This document shows positions 58,900-64,000 of a stretch of 64,000 bases of DNA, piece by piece. Source of the stretch: Candidatus Poribacteria bacterium (GTDB lineage Bacteria; Poribacteria; WGA-4E; WGA-3G); NCBI GenBank assembly GCA_965242965.1, contig OZ251518.1, positions 2,368,001 through 2,432,000 on the forward strand, read 5' to 3'. Position numbers and translations under genes: made by a program. The stretch's first letter is position 1. Every line of letters starts with the position of its first letter. Under the pieces are notes generated by a model. It did not search any database. It was not told the origin of the DNA and saw only the letters and a list, made by a program, of their open reading frames with translations.

Positions 58900-58928
58900 T
58901 TGCAATTCGCGCGGCAATATGGTATAAT
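58900..58928 (+). promoter_or_regulatory. sigma70 promoter of the pyr operon
   Basis: TTGCAA-17 nt-TATAAT. Confidence 0.7.
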
Positions 58929-58959
58929 TAAAAGCAATGAGGATATTATGCACGCAAAA

Positions 58960-58993
58960 CCTTTTTAATCCCATCCGGCGAGGTGGAAAAAGG
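58960..58993 (+). promoter_or_regulatory. PyrR-binding RNA hairpin
   Basis: CCTTTTTAATCCCATCCGGCGAGGTGGAAAAAGG resembles the UUUAA...UCCnGnGAGGy consensus; lies upstream of pyrR. Confidence 0.7.
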
Positions 58994-59168
58994 ATGTTCA
59001 GTTACACGCTGGGAGTCGGAACTCCCGTTCACTGTCAACTTCATTGTCAGCTACACGCGCACCAACGGATAACGCACGCGCATTCCTGCGCGCCGCGCAC
59101 CATTGCATCCAAACCCATCGTCTTTCACTTGCACGCCGCCGTTATTGAACAGAAAACCGCCGAATTCT

Positions 59169-59209
59169 GCCTTGCTCATCGTTTTTTGATGTGCAAGGCT
59201 TCTTTTTTT
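59169..59209 (+). terminator. Attenuator terminator upstream of pyrR
   Basis: GCCTTGCTCATC-loop-GATGTGCAAGGC followed by a T run. Confidence 0.75.
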
Positions 59210-59223
59210 GTAGGAATAAACAG

Positions 59224-59760
59224 ATGCACGAAAAAGCACAAGTCATGAACGCCGAAGACATCCGGCGCGCCTTAATGCGTATCGCACACGAAATTTTGGA
59301 GCGGAACCACCAGCACATCGCTGATTTGGTGCTTGTCGGTGTGAAAAGCCGCGGCGATACGCTCGCGCACCGCATCGCGCAAAACATTGAACGCATTGAA
59401 AACGTTGATATCAAGGTTGGCGCGATTGATGTCACCCTCTACCGCGACGATATCAACCTCTATGAAACGCAGATGCAGGTGAACAGCACGGAAATCCCGT
59501 TTGACATTACCGGCAAGCGGGTTATTCTCGTAGATGAGGTGCTTTACACGGGCCGCACAATTCGCGCCGCGATGGATGCCCTCATGGATTTCGGCAGGCC
59601 CGCCGCCATCCAACTCGCCGCACTCGTCGATAGAGGCCACCGCGAACTCCCCATCTCAGCGGACTACATCGGCAAAAACGTGCCGACTGCGCGGAAAGAG
59701 TTCGTCCGCGTGCAACTTGTTGAAGAACACGGCGTGGATGCCGCGATAATCTATGAATAG
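59224..59760 (+). CDS. pyrR: Pyrimidine operon attenuation protein / UPRTase
   Basis: RIAHEILERN, TLYRDD, VLYTGRTIRAA and DRGHRELPI motifs. Confidence 0.95.
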   Translation: MHEKAQVMNAEDIRRALMRIAHEILERNHQHIADLVLVGVKSRGDTLAHRIAQNIERIENVDIKVGAIDVTLYRDDINLYETQMQVNSTEIPFDITGKRVILVDEVLYTGRTIRAAMDALMDFGRPAAIQLAALVDRGHRELPISADYIGKNVPTARKEFVRVQLVEEHGVDAAIIYE

Positions 59761-59856
59761 AAAAGCGGAAAATGGGCAAGAAAAGGCAACGTCTTTTCGG
59801 TGTCTTTTCTGCCCGATAAGCCAAACGCAGCTGAACAACCGCTAGGAACAACAAAA

Positions 59857-61158
59857 ATGCTTATTCAGAACGGCCGCATCATCGAACCCGCGAACAACGT
59901 TAACGAGATTGGCGACATCCTCATTATTGATGGAAAAATCGCGCAAGTCGGCGGCAAAATTACAGCACCGACAGCAGAAGTCCAACGCATTGACGCAACC
60001 GGGATGATTGTCGCGCCGGGGCTCATCGACATGCACGTCCACCTGCGAGAACCGGGATTTGAACATAAAGAGACGATTGCGACTGGCACAGCGGCGGCGG
60101 ATGCCGGCGGGTTCACCTCTGTCGCCTGCATGGCGAATACGTCACCGGTGACAGATTCGCCAGCACGGATTCAGCACATCAAAGACATCGCGCACAAGAA
60201 CGCGAAGACGAACGTTTTCCCGATAGGGAGCATTACCAAAAACCTCGCGGGGGAGGGACTCTCTGATATCCGCGGCATGCTCGCCGCCGGTGCAGTCGGC
60301 ATCAGCGATGATGGCGTTACCGTGATGAACGCCGAACTGATGCGCCAGGCGTTGGCACTCAGCGCGGAACTCGATTTTCCTGTCATGGTTCACTGCGAAG
60401 AGCACAACCTCAACGCCGGTGCCGTGATGAACCTCGGCGAGACATCGCGAAGGCTGAATCTCAAAGGGAGCCCGAATGCAGCGGAGGACATCATCGTCGC
60501 GCGCGACATCCTGTTGGCGGAGATGACAGGCGGACACGTGCATATCCTGCACGTCAGCACGGCAGGCGCGGTTGAACTCGTGCGGCAAGGAAAACAGCGC
60601 GGCGTTCACGTTACGGCGGAAGCGTGCCCACACCACTGGCTCCTCACCGATGCAGCGGTGGAAAAACAGGGAACGAACGCCAAGATGCATCCGCCGCTGC
60701 GCGCGCAAGCGGATATTGACGCAGTCCTTGAAGGGTTACGCGATGGCACTATCGACTCGATTGCGACGGACCACGCGCCGCACGCGCCCGAAGAAAAGGC
60801 ACTCGGCATGCAAAACGCACCCAACGGGATTATCGGTTTGGAAACGTGCGTGCCGCTCGTTTTGACGCACCTCGTGGAGGCAGGACATCTCACGTTATCC
60901 GAGGCGATTGCGAAACTTACTTGCATCCCAGCGGAAATCCTCGGCATCAAACGTGGTACATTGTCCATCGGCACCGTGGCGGACATGACTCTCATCGCTC
61001 TGGATAAAGTGGCTAAAGTGGACGTGGCAAAATCCCAGTCAAAAAGCAGAAACACGCCTTTTGATGGATGGGAATTGAAGGGATGGCCCGCAATGGTTAT
61101 CCGCGGCGGTATCAAACCGGCCACGGCCCGTAGCGCGAGGGCCTATCGCGGCCCGTAG
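59857..61158 (+). CDS. pyrC: Dihydroorotase
   Basis: DMHVHLREPG, HCEE and ATDHAPH motifs; the C-terminus runs into a REP. Confidence 0.93.
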   Translation: MLIQNGRIIEPANNVNEIGDILIIDGKIAQVGGKITAPTAEVQRIDATGMIVAPGLIDMHVHLREPGFEHKETIATGTAAADAGGFTSVACMANTSPVTDSPARIQHIKDIAHKNAKTNVFPIGSITKNLAGEGLSDIRGMLAAGAVGISDDGVTVMNAELMRQALALSAELDFPVMVHCEEHNLNAGAVMNLGETSRRLNLKGSPNAAEDIIVARDILLAEMTGGHVHILHVSTAGAVELVRQGKQRGVHVTAEACPHHWLLTDAAVEKQGTNAKMHPPLRAQADIDAVLEGLRDGTIDSIATDHAPHAPEEKALGMQNAPNGIIGLETCVPLVLTHLVEAGHLTLSEAIAKLTCIPAEILGIKRGTLSIGTVADMTLIALDKVAKVDVAKSQSKSRNTPFDGWELKGWPAMVIRGGIKPATARSARAYRGP

Positions 61159-61420
61159 CGCGAGGGCCTGTCCCTCGCGAACTCTCAGAGGTATTAAACC
61201 GTCCGCGGCCCGTAGCGCGAGGGCCTGTCCCTCGCGAACTCTCAGAGGTATCAAATCGTCCTCGGCTCATAGCGCGAGGGCCTGTCCCTCGCGAGCTCTC
61301 AGAGGTATAAAATCGTCCGCGGCCCGTAGCGCGAGGGCCTGTCCCTCGCGAGCTCTCAGAGGTATAAAATCGTCCGTGGCCCGTAGCGCGAGGGCCTGTC
61401 CCTCGCGAACTCTCAAAGGA
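61108..61420. repeat. ~57 bp tandem array of REP-A plus the pyrC 3' end
   Basis: CGGCCCGTAGCGCGAGGGCCTGTCCCTCGCGA(A/G)CTCTCAGAGGTAT... repeated about 5 times. Confidence 0.85.
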
Positions 61421-61426
61421 AACTTT

Positions 61427-62569
61427 ATGAAAGCAATTCTCGCATTAGCAGACGGAACCGTTTTTGAAGGACAGCAATTCGGCACGACAGGCGAAACCGT
61501 CGGCGAAGTTGTCTTCAATACCAGCATGACGGGGTATCAGGAAGTCCTCACAGACCCTTCGTATAAAGGGCAGCTCGTCACGATGACGTATCCGTTAATC
61601 GGCAATTACGGCTGCAACGAGACAGACATCGAATCTATCCGCCCACAAGTGGAAGGCTTTGTCGTGCGCGAATACAGCGCGTATCCGAGCAATTGGCGTT
61701 CACAATGGAGTTTGGATGCCTACTTGGAAAAGCACGGTATCATCGGCATTCAGGGGATTGATACCCGTGCGCTCACGCGGCGGCTTCGTATCCACGGCGT
61801 GATGAACGCGTGCCTTTCAACGGAAGATGTTAACCCAGAAAGCCTCGTCGCGAAGGCACAAGCGTGGCACGGTTTAGTCGGACACGATTTGGTGCAACGC
61901 GTCACGTGTCCGAATCCGTATGCATGGAATGGACATCCTGAGCACGGAGGAAGAGATGCCCTCGGACTACAGCATGAGGAGTGCTCTTCGCGCGGAAAAT
62001 ATCGCGTCGTCGCGATGGATTTCGGCGTTAAATATAATATCTTGCGGCAACTCACTGCACACGGATGCGAGGTGCAGGTTGTCCCGGCGGCGACGACAGC
62101 AGCGGAGATTCTTGCAGCCGAACCCGACGGTGTGTTCCTCTCTAACGGCCCCGGCGACCCGAGCCCGTTAGACTATGCCACCCAGACGATTCAAGGGTTG
62201 ATGGGTAAAAAGCCGCTCTTCGGCATCTGCTTAGGACATCAATTGCTGTCCCTCGCCCTCGGTGGGAAAACCTATAAACTGAAGTTTGGGCACCGCGGCG
62301 CGAATCAGCCTGTCCAACACGTCAAGACAGAACAGGTGGAAATCACCTCCCAGAACCACGGTTTCTGTGTTGACATTGATTCGTTACCGGGGAGCATTGA
62401 CGTGACGCATATTAACCTAAACGATGACACGCTTGAGGGCATACAGCATCGGGACGTTCCGATGTTTTCGGTGCAGTATCATCCCGAAGCCGCGCCCGGT
62501 CCACACGATGCGAGTTATCTGTTTTCAAAGTTTACGCGGATGATGGAGAATAATCTTTCTGGCGCGTAG
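61427..62569 (+). CDS. carA: Carbamoyl-phosphate synthase small subunit
   Basis: GEVVFNTSMTGYQE, SNGPGDP, GICLGHQ and QYHPEA motifs. Confidence 0.95.
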   Translation: MKAILALADGTVFEGQQFGTTGETVGEVVFNTSMTGYQEVLTDPSYKGQLVTMTYPLIGNYGCNETDIESIRPQVEGFVVREYSAYPSNWRSQWSLDAYLEKHGIIGIQGIDTRALTRRLRIHGVMNACLSTEDVNPESLVAKAQAWHGLVGHDLVQRVTCPNPYAWNGHPEHGGRDALGLQHEECSSRGKYRVVAMDFGVKYNILRQLTAHGCEVQVVPAATTAAEILAAEPDGVFLSNGPGDPSPLDYATQTIQGLMGKKPLFGICLGHQLLSLALGGKTYKLKFGHRGANQPVQHVKTEQVEITSQNHGFCVDIDSLPGSIDVTHINLNDDTLEGIQHRDVPMFSVQYHPEAAPGPHDASYLFSKFTRMMENNLSGA

Positions 62570-63275
62570 CGCGAGGGCCTCGTGAGGAAAAAATAAGGCC
62601 GCGCACGGTTGCTAATAGGCGCAACACGGCGGGGGACAGGCCCCCGCCCTACGGGAAAAAGGGGGTTCGCTTTCGGATGGAGAGTAATCTTTCTGGTTCG
62701 TAGCGCGAGGGCCTGTCCCTCGCGAGGGCCTCGTGAGGAAAAAATAAAGCCGCGAACGGTTGCTAGTAGGCGCAACACGGCGGGGGGACAGGCCCCCGCC
62801 CTACGGGACAAGGGGTTCGCTTTCGGATAGAGAGTAATCTTTCTGGTTCGTAGCGCGAGGGCCTGTCCCTCGCGAGGGCCTCGTGAGGAAAAAATAAGGC
62901 CGCGCACGGTTGCTAATAGGCGCAACACGGCGGGGGACAGGCCCCCGCCCTACGGGACAAGGGGGTTCGCTTACGGATAGAGAAGAATCTTTCTGGCGCG
63001 TAGCGCGAGGGCCTGTCCCTCGCGATGCCCTAGTGAGGGAAAAATAAGGCCGCGAACAGTTTCTAATAGGCACAACACGGCGGGGGACAGGCCCCCGCCC
63101 TACGGGACAAGGGGTTCGCTTTCGGATGGAGAAGAATCTTTCTGGCGCGTAGCGCGAGGGCCTGTCCCTCGCGATGCCCTCGTGAGGAAAAAATAAAGCC
63201 GCGAACGGTTGCTAATAGGCGCAACACGGCGGGGGACAGGCCCCCGCCCTACGGGACAACGGGGGTTCGCTTACC
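62548..63275. repeat. ~150 bp tandem array (about 5 units) of inverted REP-A doublets plus the carA 3' end
   Basis: Units start near 62566, 62700, 62850, 63000 and 63149. Confidence 0.88.
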
Positions 63276-63302
63276 TTTGGAACAAGGATAACATAACAAA
63301 AG

Positions 63303-64000
63303 ATGCCAAAACGGACAGATATTCAAAAAATCTTAATTATCGGGTCCGGTGCGATTATCATCGGGCAGGCGTGCGAGTTTGACTACTCCGGCACGCAGGC
63401 GTGCAAAGCACTGAAAGAAGAGGGCTACCAGATCGTGCTTGTCAACAGCAATCCTGCGACAATCATGACAGACCCGGATTTCGCCGATCGCACCTACATC
63501 GAACCTATCACTGCCGATACGGTGGAGCTCGTCATCGAGAAGGAGCGGCCGCAGGCGTTGCTGCCGACGTTAGGCGGACAGACTGCCCTCAACGTCTCCG
63601 TGGAACTCGCTGAATCCGGGGTGCTAGATAAATACGGCGTGGAGCTCATCGGCGCGAAACTGCCCGCCATCCAGAAAGCGGAAGACCGGGCACTCTTCAA
63701 GTCGGCGATGCAAAAAATCGGGTTAGCCGTGCCACAAAGCGGTATCGCGCACACCGTTGCCGAGGCGTTAGAACTCGTGGAGGACATCGGTTTTCCGGCG
63801 ATTATCCGGCCCGCCTTCACCCTCGGCGGCACCGGCGGCGGCATCGCCTATAACATCGAAGAATATCAGAAGATGGTAACCACCGGCATCGCGCTCAGCC
63901 CAATCAACGAACTCCTCATCGAAGAATCTGTCATCGGTTGGAAGGAATTTGAATTGGAGGTGATGCGAGACGGTGCAGACAACGTCGTCATCATCTGCTC
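63303..64000 (+). CDS. carB: Carbamoyl-phosphate synthase large subunit (5' part; runs off the window)
   Basis: Manual translation [41 protein letters not shown]. Confidence 0.95.
   Translation, partial: MPKRTDIQKILIIGSGAIIIGQACEFDYSGTQACKALKEEGYQIVLVNSNPATIMTDPDFADRTYIEPITADTVELVIEKERPQALLPTLGGQTALNVSVELAESGVLDKYGVELIGAKLPAIQKAEDRALFKSAMQKIGLAVPQSGIAHTVAEALELVEDIGFPAIIRPAFTLGGTGGGIAYNIEEYQKMVTTGIALSPINELLIEESVIGWKEFELEVMRDGADNVVIIC

Noticed and set aside
61108-63275. Regularly spaced palindromic repeats suggesting a CRISPR array
   Set aside because: The inter-repeat sequences are near-identical copies rather than unique spacers, the repeat is the dispersed REP-A, and no cas genes are present
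1-64000. tRNA or rRNA genes
   Set aside because: No cloverleaf/T-loop (GTTCGA) in a tRNA context and no rRNA signature recognised by eye

Overview
Bacterial chromosomal window that most resembles Candidatus Poribacteria (inferred from the WD40-dockerin-C-terminal sorting-domain protein, DUF6785-like transporters, archaeal-type phosphopantothenate synthetase and dense GTAG palindromic repeats). Housekeeping content: an assimilatory nitrate/nitrite cluster (sigma54 promoters, ANTAR regulator NasT, dual-hairpin leader plus terminator, nirA, NarK/NRT2, nitrate reductase), gnd, a heterodimeric ABC exporter, moaD/moaE, an ArgE-like enzyme, a metal-uptake locus (CxxC/RGPP leader peptide, His-rich lipoprotein, TonB receptor) and a pyrR-pyrC-carA-carB operon with no pyrB. 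Candidate defence/conflict content: an ABC-ATPase + TOPRIM-like pair with TA and hsdS debris (0.3-3.4 kb); a 28-38.5 kb island (TPR, MNT-HEPN fusion, a membrane-anchored TerY-P triad whose kinase ends in an FGE-sulfatase/CLec domain, and two tandem ABC-ATPase + PD-(D/E)xK cassettes plus a collapsed third); an MjaII/TdeIII-like type II R-M system coupled to a lipoprotein SAM_HAT_C domain; and four tandem 201-aa PD-(D/E)xK-like paralogs. Intergenic DNA holds several REP-like families. These are often packaged between GAGGGTGTTTCATAA terminal inverted repeats with 8-9 bp target duplications (a composite MITE), sometimes inserted in frame into genes, and sometimes amplified in tandem together with gene ends. 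All family assignments come from motif recognition by eye, not from database searches.
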